Below, piece by piece: positions 21,159 through 33,377 of a stretch of 64,000 nt of DNA; position 1 is the stretch's first letter; each line of letters starts with the position of its first letter. Source of the DNA: Dudresnaya verticillata. Taxonomy: Eukaryota. Position numbers and translations under genes: made by a program. The DNA lies in the NCBI GenBank assembly GCA_977862235.1, contig OZ374557.1, forward strand, positions 1,984,001-2,048,000, in the 5' to 3' direction. The notes under the pieces are model-generated. The model was given only the letters and a program-made list of their open reading frames with translations. It was not told where the DNA came from and did not search any database.

Positions 21159-24100
21159 TCAGGCCCTGCCTCTCAGGGTGCGCACTATGCCGTCATACGA
21201 GGCGCGTGTCGGGGACAGAAGGTAGTCTGAACGCAAAGCAGGATCAATGAAGTACGTCTTGACACCAGAGGATTCCCGTACAGCGCTTGGTGGTCCAACC
21301 TCGTTTGATTGGGCACAGGTGGGTGGTGGATTGCATCTTGATACCGTGCGTGGGTAGTAGTGTTCAACAACTCCGATGAGACGTTTCACGATCGTTGGGT
21401 CCTCTGCACTTGGACCTGAAAAAGCGCGGGATGATGGACCATTCTGGAATACCTGCCATTGCCCTCCCTTGTTCAAAGACTGTGCCCAAGAGCATACAAC
21501 CAACGTGTAAGCGTTTCCGTCCCACAATTGAAGACGGGATGAGTTTTGCGCTTCGTTCGCTTTGACACGAAACTCCAGTATCTGGAGAAGCTTGCCATAG
21601 TAAACATCAATGGCCTGCTCCCCTCTGCCCTCCATCTCAACTGCAACGTAACAGCTGCGTCGAACAGTAGAACCCTCCTTGAACACAGATGCAGTTCTCA
21701 TATCGGCCCCAAAATTGAATCGCAGATGCGATGCGAATCGGATTGTGTAAACAGAATCTACTGCAGCACGCGCTTCATTGTAGGAATTTCCTTCGTGCTT
21801 GCGCAGAAAGTACGAAGTTAAGATCGTTCGTATTCTTGCCCCGGAGGCACCCATGCCACTGAGGCTTTTCTCAACAAAAGGACCTGAAACCGCAAATTCC
21901 TGATAGAGCCGTGACGACTCTTGATCTTCACGCTTCTGGAAGTCAAGTCCATAAAACGCCTTGTAAGACTGTGCAATGACTGCGCTGTTGAACATAGTCT
22001 TCGCTGGTCTGTATCGGGCATTGCAACGGTCGACGATCCATCCGATATACCCCTCCACCCAATACTGAGAGGTTCCTCTCAATGGCCCGTACTCCCTCAA
22101 GCCATCCGCTAGGTGCAGCAACAAATGTACCGTGTACTTGTAAAGATACACTCGCTCAATGTCATGCAGAACTAAGGTTTCCTCAAACTTCTCGAAAAAC
22201 CTTACGGCGTGGCGTTGGGCATCTTCAATTTCCCGGTTGGTTACCAGGGAGCTAAAAACAATGTCTGCCAATGCAACAAACTGTTCGAGGGTATCAAGAA
22301 GCGACCCCGACAGGTGGCCATGAAACATAACGAGACAGAATAGTAACGTAAAGTCCCTGTGTTCAGCTGATTTCCACGACCTCGAATTGCTGAGTGGTCT
22401 TGGCCTCTCGGTAATCTGCCCTGAAACCCCCGTTCCAAAAGCGGAAACGAGTTCCTCATCTAGCACTTGAAGGGTGTAATTTGATAGAACAAACTCGTCG
22501 CTAAACATGCCTGACTTGATGTAATCCAAGAGATCTCTTTGCACATTGTAGAAGACGTGCATAATATCGGGAGGAAATGCCCAGAAGGGCTGAAGGTCTT
22601 CATAGTAGAACAGCCGAGAGCGCCGTTTGATACCAGTTTGCCTTCCGATTCTGTCAACTTCCACCTGGCTCTGGGAATCATTAAGGTCCTTAAAGATCTC
22701 GTGTGTCGCAGCCAAAGATCTTTGGGGAAGATTGCGGGGATTGTAGAACCTCCGCCGACGTCTGCCGTGGTCCAACCAAATCCAACTGGGAAAATAGTAG
22801 TGCCCCTGGTACACACCAGATATAGTACAAAAAAGGCACGGAAAACGACCGCTATGCCCCGTTGTACCCGACAGCTTGATAATAGCAGCAAGATCTGTAG
22901 ATATCCAGGCGAAACGGATACGCACTCGTCTCTCAATGCCGTCAGAAAAACGCATCAAGTGGCCACCGTCTTTGTGAGAGTCCATAACCTCCTTCAGGAG
23001 AGGAATAAGGTAAGACTCAACATCAGCAGGCTGGCATCCATCTTCTGTGAACAACATCGGCAGTAAATTGCGCTTCAGGTAGCGTTGCCAGGGCGGAAGG
23101 TTCAATATTACAGCGACAAAAGGCCAGACATCCGTCGACTGGTTTCGGAAGGCCTGAAACCCATCTGTGGAGGCCGCAATGAATACATCAAACGTGAGCC
23201 CTTGCTCACCGCCGTATCGATTTTTTAGCCGTTTGTACGCATCTCCGTCAAAGTAATCAGATTTGGTGTCAGGGTTTGCCTCTCGTGTAGAACGATAATC
23301 GTAGAGTGATCGGCAACATTTCTCATTCACAACCATTTGGCGTATCCTCGGGAGCACAGGAATATATCCCACACATGATGTTGGGTCTTGTGCACGTGGG
23401 GCGTTGCAAACATGACAGGAGCCCTGCAGTTCCTCACAATCCAGTTCTGCAAAACACATGTGACCGGGGCAAGTTTGAAGCTCAACTATAGAGTCGCCAA
23501 TGCCAGACCAGCGGCGAATGTTTGATACAGCAGTCTTCCATGTCTTGAATGGGGCGTTCAAGATTTTTAGAATGCCATTAATAACCGTATACTCGAGGCC
23601 ATGCTGCTCGAAAAGGGAAACCCATGACTGATGCTCATGTAGCCACTGAAGTAGCTGAGGAATTCTTGATGGTCGAATTGGTAGGTGCTGATATTGCCGC
23701 CCAAGAACCTCAAGTTCTGAAGATTGCAGAAATAGTGGCGCTCCTTCTAGCTGGCCACCTTCCTCTCCGTGGTCATTCGGCTCAACAAGTGAGCCTGAAT
23801 CGGACAGTACCGCGGAGCCAACACATGCTGGATCTAGACTTGGCAAGACACGTTCTACCTCGTTTCTTGCTGGCGGAGCAAGACCTTGTACTGCATGTGC
23901 TGCAGCGGAATATTCTTCTGTTAACGTGCCTGGCGTGCCTGGGGCGAGTTCTAAACCCTGGAGTGGAACCACAGGGGCTGAAGGGGTGACACATAATGTA
24001 GACTCGGAAGACACAGTAAGTAGGTGAACCTTCGAGTCACGAGTAGTGGCGCCATGATCGATGAATCTGGTGGGGGTGCCAACAGATACTTCACGGCAAG

Positions 24101-24347
24101 CTTATTCGGGACTAGACTCAGCATCTTCTTCCGTTGCATGGCCTTCAAGCCCGTCCCTACTAGAGAAGTGGAAAATTGTCGCTCGTGGGTCAGTAAATCG
24201 AGGACCCCATCTAAAAGAGCCCATTCCTATTTATTTTCGTCTTTGATTAGCGCGGCGTCGATGGTTCAGCATCGTCGAGCGAGATACCGGTTTCCCACCG
24301 CATACGCATTCGAACCATGGCGGACATGCGTATCGAGGCGGTGGCAT
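21159..24347 (-). CDS. EnSpm/CACTA Tnp2 (TnpD-like) transposase; 951 open codons plus an N-terminal extension with two in-frame TAA
   Basis: STDGFQAF...WPF...LNLPP..R, D.AA..LSG..GH...PC.FC, DIMH, WKSAEH, HLLLHLA...YGP...YW.E; upstream in-frame ATG at 24347 with CVC...VSRST..NH motif. Confidence 0.9.
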
Positions 24348-24628
24348 TCCGTTCCAGTTTTGGATCGTCAAAATGACCACGCGGTACTCGAGGGCGTCTC
24401 GATGCAAAGCTGGGGGTGCACAACGTCGTCCCTGAGGGGGTGGCTCAATTTTGCATTTCCACGCTATGCACAGGGATAGGTAGCTCTTGATTTCGCAATC
24501 CGACCGAAGCGAAATTCCTTTCGGTTGATGTCTTTCCTTTCCACGTTTAATAGTCGTCCAATTCCCCGGATGGGCCGCAGTCCAGAAGCACGCTTTTCCT
24601 CAAAGAAGACCCGAAGTCTTCCGTTACG

Positions 24629-25918
24629 ATGGCTAAGTCTCGCGACGTATTGCAAGCTCTGAACCGTCGCTTTGATTCTCTGGAAAGATGCATGCTATCT
24701 GTAAAGAAAGACACAGAGAGTTTGGGTGTTTTCATTCGCGGCCAGAACCCTTCATCATTCATATACCGTATTCCGAAACCAACTCAGAAAGACATCGGAC
24801 GTTGTCGCGACGCTGCGAAACTCCTTCGCCAGCAAATTGACGTTGAAAACAAGGCCATACCGGATGGCTTGAAGAAGCATGTTCCTTTTCCAGAGCATCT
24901 TTCGAATGAAAGGATAAACAAGGATTCTGTCCGCATTCTTGAACCTATCATGCACCGGCACATGTCAGAGCTCGTCGGAAATGTCACTTTCGAGGGCGTA
25001 CGTGATCGTCATCGCTCACGTTTCGAAAAGGTTATGAGTGAAGCTGGTGTACATCCTCAATTGCGTCATTTCCACCAGTCAGCCGGGAACTGGGCGCTGG
25101 AAATGATCATCTCAGAGCACATGAAGACAATTATGAAAACACGAAGGAAGGAAAGAGCTGAGCAGAAGGTCGTCGACGCTGAGGTAGGCAATGAGCAGGC
25201 GTTTGAGGGGTCTCGTGGAGTGGATGGTAACTCACATGCAGAACAGGTCGCCAGACATGCCGAAGACGACGAGGACGACTACGAACTGCGTTACGATTGC
25301 AGGATATCGCCGGAGTTCTCTGTACGTACCGCACAATTCAGCGAAATACAATGCAGCCCCGTAAGAAATGTTCCCTACTCTTCTGTGAGTGACTTTCATA
25401 CACACCAGGAAAGAAACGACAATGACATACATAAGTCAGTGGAGGACCCGAGAGGAGACCCTGCTGGAAATGAACTCACATTGCCGGTTGGAACCGCCCC
25501 TTCTCGTGCGTGGAACGCGCCAAACAATTCAATTATTGCCGGGCCTTCTGCTGCGAGTCGGGTACCGGACCTCCCTGAGCAGCACCAGTATGCAGCGCGT
25601 CATTTTCCTGCAACATTTGCAGCTGTACCCCGAAACGGAAGCAGAACGATGGAATTGCAGGCTGCATATGACGGTTCAGCCGGTATATGGAACAGTCAAG
25701 GAAAAAGAACAACATGCGGTGCAGCACTGCGTACAGTTTCGGAAGGTACTGCGGTCCCCACGAGACGGGAAGCACCGACGCGAATGCCGGCCGTACCACC
25801 AAGTGGCCTTCATGCTGGACGACGTGGCACACGCATGGATGGTGTTACAAAGCGGGGAAGAAGGCACCTACCTGCTGGCAGAGGAAGAGGGCGTGGGAAC
25901 AGTCGCGAGGGCAGTTAA
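24629..25918 (+). CDS. Second ORF of the CACTA element (429 aa), divergent from the transposase, function unknown
   Basis: Long ATG-initiated ORF inside the TIRs; helical/coiled-coil-like N-terminal half, disordered C-terminal half with RGRGRG tail. Confidence 0.65.
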   Translation: MAKSRDVLQALNRRFDSLERCMLSVKKDTESLGVFIRGQNPSSFIYRIPKPTQKDIGRCRDAAKLLRQQIDVENKAIPDGLKKHVPFPEHLSNERINKDSVRILEPIMHRHMSELVGNVTFEGVRDRHRSRFEKVMSEAGVHPQLRHFHQSAGNWALEMIISEHMKTIMKTRRKERAEQKVVDAEVGNEQAFEGSRGVDGNSHAEQVARHAEDDEDDYELRYDCRISPEFSVRTAQFSEIQCSPVRNVPYSSVSDFHTHQERNDNDIHKSVEDPRGDPAGNELTLPVGTAPSRAWNAPNNSIIAGPSAASRVPDLPEQHQYAARHFPATFAAVPRNGSRTMELQAAYDGSAGIWNSQGKRTTCGAALRTVSEGTAVPTRREAPTRMPAVPPSGLHAGRRGTRMDGVTKRGRRHLPAGRGRGRGNSREGS

Positions 25919-28900
25919 GAATTTATGAGATATCACGGAGACATTGGATAACATATGCTTGCGGTAACGTACCATTCCACGCAATCCCGACAGTTGTGCT
26001 CAAGTAGACTTGGCATCTGACAGAGCATGTCGCAGAGAAACAAGGAAGAAATTAAAAGGATAAAGAAAAAGATAAGCGAGGCTTTGCAGATTGTAGAAAG
26101 GGTTCATCCTTACATTTGTAGGGAACATTTACAACAAGATCCTGTACTGTACCTTGGCAGCTTCCAGTCTGTTCCAGGCACGTTTAACTGTAACATTGCA
26201 TTCACAGGGAATGCTCGCATTGTTAGCAGCGGCACAGGTGCAGTTTGCAATGGGACAGACTCTGTCCTGGTTAATCCTCAACAGATCAACCTTTCTGGAA
26301 TAGTGGAAAGTGCCTCGTTTCATTATCCCGCACTGCGCAGCCGGTCTCCTGAATCTCTTTGGCAAACAGCGCTTGTGTTACGAATCGCACGCCAAGGTAC
26401 AAATGCATAGCAAATATCAGCAGAATTCCAATATCTTGCGGAGAACTAGATACCTGCGGAGTCGAGAGAGGGAATCGCTGCAGGAGAGTGATCACAGTGC
26501 ATGCGGTGTAGGTTGGGGCATCGCAGCCCCTAGCGTGACGGAGCCGCTCGGATACCACAGCGACTGCCGGTTGCATGACCTTCTACGGGTGTTCTGGTGC
26601 TGTTGCGGTTAGTGCTAGCACTACCTGTGTCCTCCCCACGGGCTGGGTTTAGAGTTGGTGGCGTGGATGAACTGGGACGAGGACGGTCGCGCTGCCACGA
26701 TGGAGCGGAGGGGAGATGGAGAGCAAACAGGGCAGCTTTTTTGGCCCTTTTGGAGATTGCGAGCACATTGATCGCGATTTCACGCAACCCAGATCCAGAT
26801 CCTCTTGCCAATTACTCTGCGTTTCATTTATGACGGCGGTTTGCTTTCCCCATTTCGGCACGGTCCTCGCCATCTCGGCCACCCGGCCTTGACTACATCC
26901 ATAAAAGCAGTCGTTCAAGGCGCGGGGTTTCCAGCAGCAGTAGGGCGAGCAGGGTGAGCAGGGCCACGAGCCTGGCGACCGGAGCGCGCTGCATCGGCAC
27001 ACCTCTTTCCCGCGTGAGGGCGCACGAGGGACGAGGGGATTCACTACAACGGTAATGCCTTGTCCCACTGGTACTGGTACAGTAGGAGTCCTGGGAAGGC
27101 ACGGATTGCGAAATATTTTAAGTCTAAGAAGCCGCAAATCTCGTGATTTTGGCCTCGCGACAGCCCTCAAAAGCAGGTCCCCTTCGCAAATAAAACAGTG
27201 TCTGCTGGATCGCGAGATATTGGCAACGGGCCAGGCAAGCCTGGTATGGTCTCCCCGCAGATCATCTGGGGAGATGATCTCGCGAGGAAACAAAATCTGG
27301 CCGATTCGAAAGCCTTTTACCGCCCCGTAATGCTAATGCAAGGCTCGCAGCGCAAAAACGCCTGACGATGCATTCATTCACCATCACTGGCTTTGGCGAC
27401 TTCCCCGGCGCCTTTCTCGCCGTCTACGACGGACACGGCGACTAGTGTCCCACGCTGTGGGACAGTTCGAGGCCATGCTCCACCGCTACTATCTCTACGA
27501 CTCCTCCAACGAGTCGAAGGCAAGCAGCTTGCTGTTGCGCCCTTGGGGCGGCTTCGGCTCAACACCACCTGGAGAAGGAAGATATCGCGAGTGTTTGCTC
27601 TCCACCGGGTTTTAAGTGGCGGTATGAAGGTGTTTAAGAGACGGGAACAACCCGTAAACTCTGCTGCGTTTCCGGTCAAGGAGACTTTTGGGCGACCTTA
27701 TCACAGCATGGTGCCATTTTGAGGGCTCATAACTGTTGTTTAATGGGTGCTACGGCTATTGTTTGCTGTGTACGGGATTTCCCCGGCATCAGTTCCGTCC
27801 TCTCACGGCTTATTGACGAGACGCCCGCTGTGGTTGGGCTTGCATGCCGCGTGGCGGCAGCCCAGCACGGAAAGGTCTGAACTGGTCCGCGAACTGGAGC
27901 AGGTCTGGGACGTAGAGAATGGCATCCACACCGGTGGAAACGGCAGTGACGGGAGCGTCTTCGGCGAAGGATACGGTTGTATGTGGTGAATTTCAATTCG
28001 AACTGGGCTTTGCCTTCGCTTCAGTCCCCCCGGCCGTGCAGACACGGGTGCCTACAGCAACTTGCAAGGTCAACACGTGAAGGACGCCTTACTATTCTCG
28101 TTGCCGCGGAGCCGCGATGTGTATGCCCTCCGCGAAGCGCACCACACACACTCGCAACACATCGCATCCCTGAGGTTCCGCCGCGCCCGAGGCAGGCGAC
28201 GCGGACACCCGCAGAGCCATCTGTCGCTGCTGAAACGGCCGCTTGCTCCACAGTCCTGAGCGCACCTGATGCACCACGGGCTGCACTGCGCTGTGCTGCA
28301 GTGGTAGGACGCTGCGCCCGCTCTCCGCGCCCCGCGCTACTGTTGCACGCGTACTGCCCCCTTCTCAGCCACGCCCCTACGCTTCTCAAGAGAGCGAGAG
28401 AGAGCAAGAGAGGTACAGTAGACAACTCTGTTTGGCAGGGGTGGTCGTCGCCGACCTGCCGCCTGTCGCGAGAACCCCGCGTCCAACCACACCCCGCGAT
28501 TTCATCCGGAGTACAGGGACTGAATCAATCAGACAGTGATCGCCTCGTTATGGTTGATATCACAACGTTAAGTGAGAGCAACAAACTCGTTTCTGCAATG
28601 TCTGACAATGCGGTGACGGCTCAAGCTGAATCCAATAGCTCAGAAGTGAATGAAGTACAAAATTGCTATAGCGTCGGGTTGAGAATGGAATATGTGGCTA
28701 TGGCGCGGTCCGACGAATGCTCTGAAAACGTCCCGTATCATACGTGGCCACGGAAGACGTTTGGTCACCAGTTATCTCGGCCGTTTGAGAGTGGCCTCTA
28801 CCAAAGAAGGACAGTCGGAGTGAAAGTTACTCCTGAAACTCGAAACGACTCTCGATCAGTTGTAGCGCTTCCAAATATTCTCGGTTTGTACGGGGCTTAT

Positions 28901-29978
28901 CGAACAACATGCTCGGTTGGACTCTTCGGGACATCCTCCATTGTGGGAGGGAGTGTAACGAAACTAAGTGGAATTCTGAAGGGTATCTTGGTGATAAATT
29001 TACTCCTAGTTGGTCTGACATATACGCTATTCACAACCTGTTGGCAGCAATAGTGGAAGATGAAGAAGCAGCGATGTTGGAAAATTATGTAGAATGGTAT
29101 TTCGGAAGAAGATGTTTCTACGGGCGCGCATGACTGCTGGAGCCGAGGAGTCCGCCGACCGTATGTGTACAGTAATGCCACGGACGACATTCATCGACTG
29201 GTCGGGGAAGGGACAGATACCGAAATGCGCCGGCCGAGGGCCAACGCGAGGGGACCCGAGGGCGAACGTTTCTGGACCTCGGCGGCGCACCGGCAGGCCG
29301 CGGAAGCGGCGGCGCGACAACAGTAATTCACAGAGGAGACTCTCCTCGAGGCCCGAAGGCCCGAGGCAGCTCGGTTCCTTGCTTTTTCTACCCACCCCCC
29401 ATTCTTCGGGCGTGGGCAAGTTCGTCTGCATTTTATTAACGATGATGACGATGAGTTCTCAATGTCCAGCAGCGGAACGGGTGGTGATGGACTGGGGCTG
29501 TCTCACCACAGCATGGAACGTCTTCAGGAGGCTTTGTATCTTTAAGAAGAACAGTCATGGATACCGTCTCACTCTTCGTTGTTCGCAGCAGCACAATCAG
29601 ATCTTCCCGAGAGGCCGCCGAGTTGAGCACGAGGAGAGCGAGGCAAGAAAGAATGGTTTGAACATAGAAAGGGTCCATTACAGTGCTTAGTTTCGAAGAG
29701 GGTGTGACTCACTCAAAGGAGACATCAGCAGACAAAATAGGATATGAATATACCCAGACGGCATGTAAACGCTGCTTGCAAGAAGAAAATGCTCTTCTGA
29801 ACAACTATGAAAGTGTTTCAAAACTTCTCATGATGCCCGTCCCTCGTCGTGCCTCAGATGCGCTTTAATGGGAACGCTTCGAACGCCCATCCCTCTTCCA
29901 CAGTCTATGCCTAGTTGCTCTTTCACCGCACTATGTTATCGACACTAGAACTCAACATCAGTGCTCACGTGCTGAAGC

Positions 29979-30902
29979 TCAGCTCAAAATTCGTGCAAGC
30001 GGCGGCCGCGCATTATAGCTGAAACACAAAAAAGCGTTTTGGCTCGACTCCGCGTAGCCAGCGCGTTGCAGCTCTGCGCGCATCTCGCTTTCGATGGAAT
30101 CCAGTACCAGTTGGGATGACGGCGGCCCCGCCAGCGTGCGAACAGCGACAACACTAACAACACTCTCCTCTCTTCGTCTACCAGAGTGGCTCCAAATAGG
30201 CCATTGCAATATGCCACTTCGCCGCGTGTCCTTCTCAAGAGCAACACCACTCCCGTCATCCCCAAAGCGCCTCACCTCCACCATACGCGTACGTCTGAGT
30301 AGCTCAAAGCCGCCTAGGTCAGCTGGGGTAACGCGGCCGGGCATACACTGGGCCAGCAGGTCACGGATGGCCAGTAGCGACAAGAAAGCGCTATCATCAA
30401 GCGAGTCCGAATAATCGAGATGTCTGCCCACCTTGCCAGAGGCGGGGTCGACAACGTAGTCGCTTTGTCCCATGAACGACACAACGGGGCGCCAGGGCAG
30501 GTTGGCGGCCAGGGAGAGGGTCCAGCTGGTGCGGAAGGTGTTGCCCGGGGCGTCGATTGCGAGCGCGTGCAGGGTGAGGGAGGCGGACGAGAAGACCGGG
30601 GACTCGTTCAGAAAGGCGATGTTCGAAGCGTAGCGAGACACGCCCACGAACTTGTTCAGCGGGTCCTCAAAGGTGACCGAGGGAGCATAGAGCGAATAGT
30701 CCTTCTCGCCCGGCGCGAACAGCGTCGGAAGCTCATGACGCAGCCGGTTCGCGACGACCTGCAACGCACGCGGCGCGGACGATTTCGGTGGCGAGCGAGT
30801 GGCGAACGGGCATATCGGGGCTTGCGGGCGCGGGCGTACGCGGTGTGGGAGTGGTGCTGGTTGCGGGAGGAAGGCTGGCATCGCGGGAGCGACAAAGGGC
30901 AT
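29979..30902 (-). CDS. DUF2358 (SnoaL/NTF2-like) plus degenerate SOUL-like protein with putative plastid transit peptide; host-derived, inside the transposon
   Basis: LRHELPTLF...DYSLYAPSVTFEDPLNKFVGVSRY...WTL...LPWRP...G.S.Y...G.V.RH.DY; FELLRR...EVRRF and VAVR...E.EMRAEL.RAG...YN resemble SOUL; P/A/R-rich N-terminus with MPAF. Confidence 0.8.
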   Translation of the reverse strand: MPFVAPAMPAFLPQPAPLPHRVRPRPQAPICPFATRSPPKSSAPRALQVVANRLRHELPTLFAPGEKDYSLYAPSVTFEDPLNKFVGVSRYASNIAFLNESPVFSSASLTLHALAIDAPGNTFRTSWTLSLAANLPWRPVVSFMGQSDYVVDPASGKVGRHLDYSDSLDDSAFLSLLAIRDLLAQCMPGRVTPADLGGFELLRRTRMVEVRRFGDDGSGVALEKDTRRSGILQWPIWSHSGRRREESVVSVVAVRTLAGPPSSQLVLDSIESEMRAELQRAGYAESSQNAFLCFSYNARPPLARILS

Positions 30903-31146
30903 GGAGGGTCGGAGCTTGACATCTCGGGACGGGGCCAGCGGGTGAGTGCAAAGGAAAGACTGTAAAAGATTAATGCGCAGTCCAGTCCACGCGCCGTGAT
31001 TTCACTCAAGAGAGGCGTTTTGGCGCGCCACGAGGGGCCGCGCCGGCCGTGCAGCGCGCCAGGAGAACGAGTTAGGACACCCGGACAGTTTGCGTGGGGC
31101 GTGACGCGGTACAACGAAGAGCACGAGATCTGGGTGCCATCGATTA

Positions 31147-31799
31147 CAGTCATTCCTTGTTATAAGAATAATCATGGTGGACGGGTTCATATTCCTTTAT
31201 CGCATTGGGGAATATATCGAGGAAGTGTTGGAACACTCTTTCAAAACACCGATTAAGTTGCTTCACTTGCTCAGGAATTGCTCTATCGTCGTCTGGGACA
31301 TCTTCTGACTTCTATGGCGCGTCAGAGACTACTGCAAGCGGCTAAGGTAACATCGGCTGATGAGGGGATGCCTTCAGAGTCATCAAGCAGCCCATTTCAC
31401 AACAGAGATACATTCAGCTTCTCTCCAATTGACTTGTGTTGTAGCGATGCGTTGTTCTCATTAGCGCCTTCCTCAGTGTTTCAATAGTCCTCGCAGGACT
31501 ACTAATGCAAATTCTGCCTCACAAGTTTACTGGGTGCTCTGTGACACTCTGCAGGGCGCAATGCCACCATCAACATCAGGCACCGAAGTCATATGCTTAC
31601 TATCGCGGAATGTGGCCCTCATACGTGAGCTGTTTTGCGGGCCACGGCGGATCACTTTCGGATGCTGTATTCCCATATCACACATTCTTGAAGACCGCAT
31701 ATACTGGCTGATTTACTGAACCGGGTCGGTGGACGAAAGACTTATTCCTTTACCGCGGATATTCCTTTATCGAAGCATTCTTATAACAAGGAATGACTG
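31147..31799. mobile_element. Non-autonomous Tc1/mariner (pogo-like) element, 653 bp
   Basis: Perfect 23-bp TIR CAGTCATTCCTTGTTATAAGAAT (31147-31169 and 31777-31799); TA on both sides; subterminal ATTCCTTTA repeats. Confidence 0.93.
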
Positions 31800-32000
31800 T
31801 AGAAAATCGAATAGAAACTGAAAATTGGTCCCGAAATATTGTGGTGCTGCACAGCAGTTCCATCTCCCCGTCGTTTACCCGCAATAAAACGGAGAGCCAA
31901 CACCTGTAATTCCCCCGGTCAGGCGCACCCGTGCGCGCAGTAGGCTGTGGCCCGTGGTGTAATTTGCCCAGCAAACACCAGTCACCTGCCCGTGCCACCC

Positions 32001-32050
32001 CCATTAACCCGTAGGATACCCGTCAAACCCCCGATATGATTCTACTAGGG
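32001..32050 (-). repeat. Right imperfect TIR of the CACTA element
   Basis: ...ACCCGTAGGATACCCGTCAAACCCCCGATATGATTCTACTAGGG followed by the CTC TSD. Confidence 0.85.
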
Positions 32051-33377
32051 CTCCCTTTGACCTTCCCTCGAGCAGGATACTGCTTTCCCTGCAATACTCG
32101 GCCTGCATTCTGAGTAACACGCATTTGGGGACTGTTTACACACTGGTGTGAAGCAAATAGGAGCTTTGCTTCTACTTCACTCGGGAACTGTGTGTATGTA
32201 AACATACGCACGCACGAAATCCCCTCTTGCACCCCTCTTGCGTATCTACATACTTATTGACGGCCGTGTTATATAGAAACCGATTGTGACCTAACCCCTT
32301 TAACGTTCTTGCTACCTAAACATCTGAACCAGGGTCCTCCACGGTCCACTCCTCCGGCACTTCCCACCCTAACAGAGCCATCACCCCTAGAGTCCCTCGC
32401 ATCACCCCCCTCCAACCAGGACAGCCCTCGCAATCATATCGGGAGCCCACCGCATCAGCTGCGCCCGAAGCCGGACTGTTGTGTCCAGCTCCTCCGCAGC
32501 GAGCACGCGAGCCTTGTCCAGCTCTGCACGCAGCGCGCGAACTTCTTCAACCAGGGCCAACGGGGCTGGGTCTGTAGGTAACATCTTGTCTCTGCATGAG
32601 AGACTCCAGTCTCAGTCAGCTCCATTTATAACACAGGTTTCCCGCGTTTCAGAATGTACTTTCAAAAACAGACTGAAATAAAACCCTTCCAAAGTACATG
32701 CATTGGAAAGGGGATCGTCCCCTGAGCACGCTGGTGCAAACGGAGTAGAAAACCAAGCAGTACTTCGCGCGTTATGTTGGTTGGCTTGCTAACCCGACAG
32801 CGGGTCTGAAATAATTAATTTTGCTGTAATTTCTGAGAATTTTAATTCGGAATTTTTGGTAACCTCGGTTACTTCCATGGGCCCCTCGCCGCGCAGTATA
32901 CGCTGCAGACGCACAGCATACGCTGCCGCAACATGCAGAACAACTCGTTAGTTCGATACAGGTAGATCTCACTGCAACGTTCAAAGTACTGCAGCACTGA
33001 AATTTAATTTTTCCCGGCCTCGTTTCCGCCCTACTGCGCGGATTATTCTCCCGAAGTACGCTCGTCCTGCGCGGGGAAGGAGCGGAGGTCAAGCCTGTCG
33101 GCTTGCAGATTTGATGATGAAGCCCATGAAGATGCAGGGGACCGAGACTGGAGCTGGCGGTGAAATCAGTATGGCACAATTTTGCAGGGACGACGCATGA
33201 AGGAACTCTACGGTGGGATACTGATTTCTATTGCGGGGGGAAAGTTGGACACGGTTCGGCCAAGTCTACGCCTTGCCAGAAATTCTGCGTCCTTATTTCC
33301 GAAGGGTAGTATCAAAGTAGCAGGAAGGCCGCGGGGTTCGTCTGCTAAGGCTGTTCGCATTGCCTCCGAGAGGAAAT

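Larger units (their letters stand above)
20419..32050 (-). mobile_element. EnSpm/CACTA-superfamily DNA transposon, 11.6 kb, CCCTA termini, carrying cargo
   Basis: Left CCCTACGAGAATCATACCG versus right reverse complement CCCTAGTAGAATCATATCG; aligned ACGGGT subterminal repeats; 3-bp TSD CTC at 20416-20418 and 32051-32053; internal Tnp2-type transposase. Confidence 0.88.

Noticed and set aside
26027..26410. 127-aa ORF as a third transposon gene
   Set aside because: Short, no motif, and the opposite strand looks equally coding-like; unsupported
32709..32735. Helitron 3' end (hairpin followed by CTGG|T)
   Set aside because: Similarity to the 19816 copy continues downstream at identical spacing, that copy has GTAG rather than CTRR, and no RepHel or 5' TC end was identified
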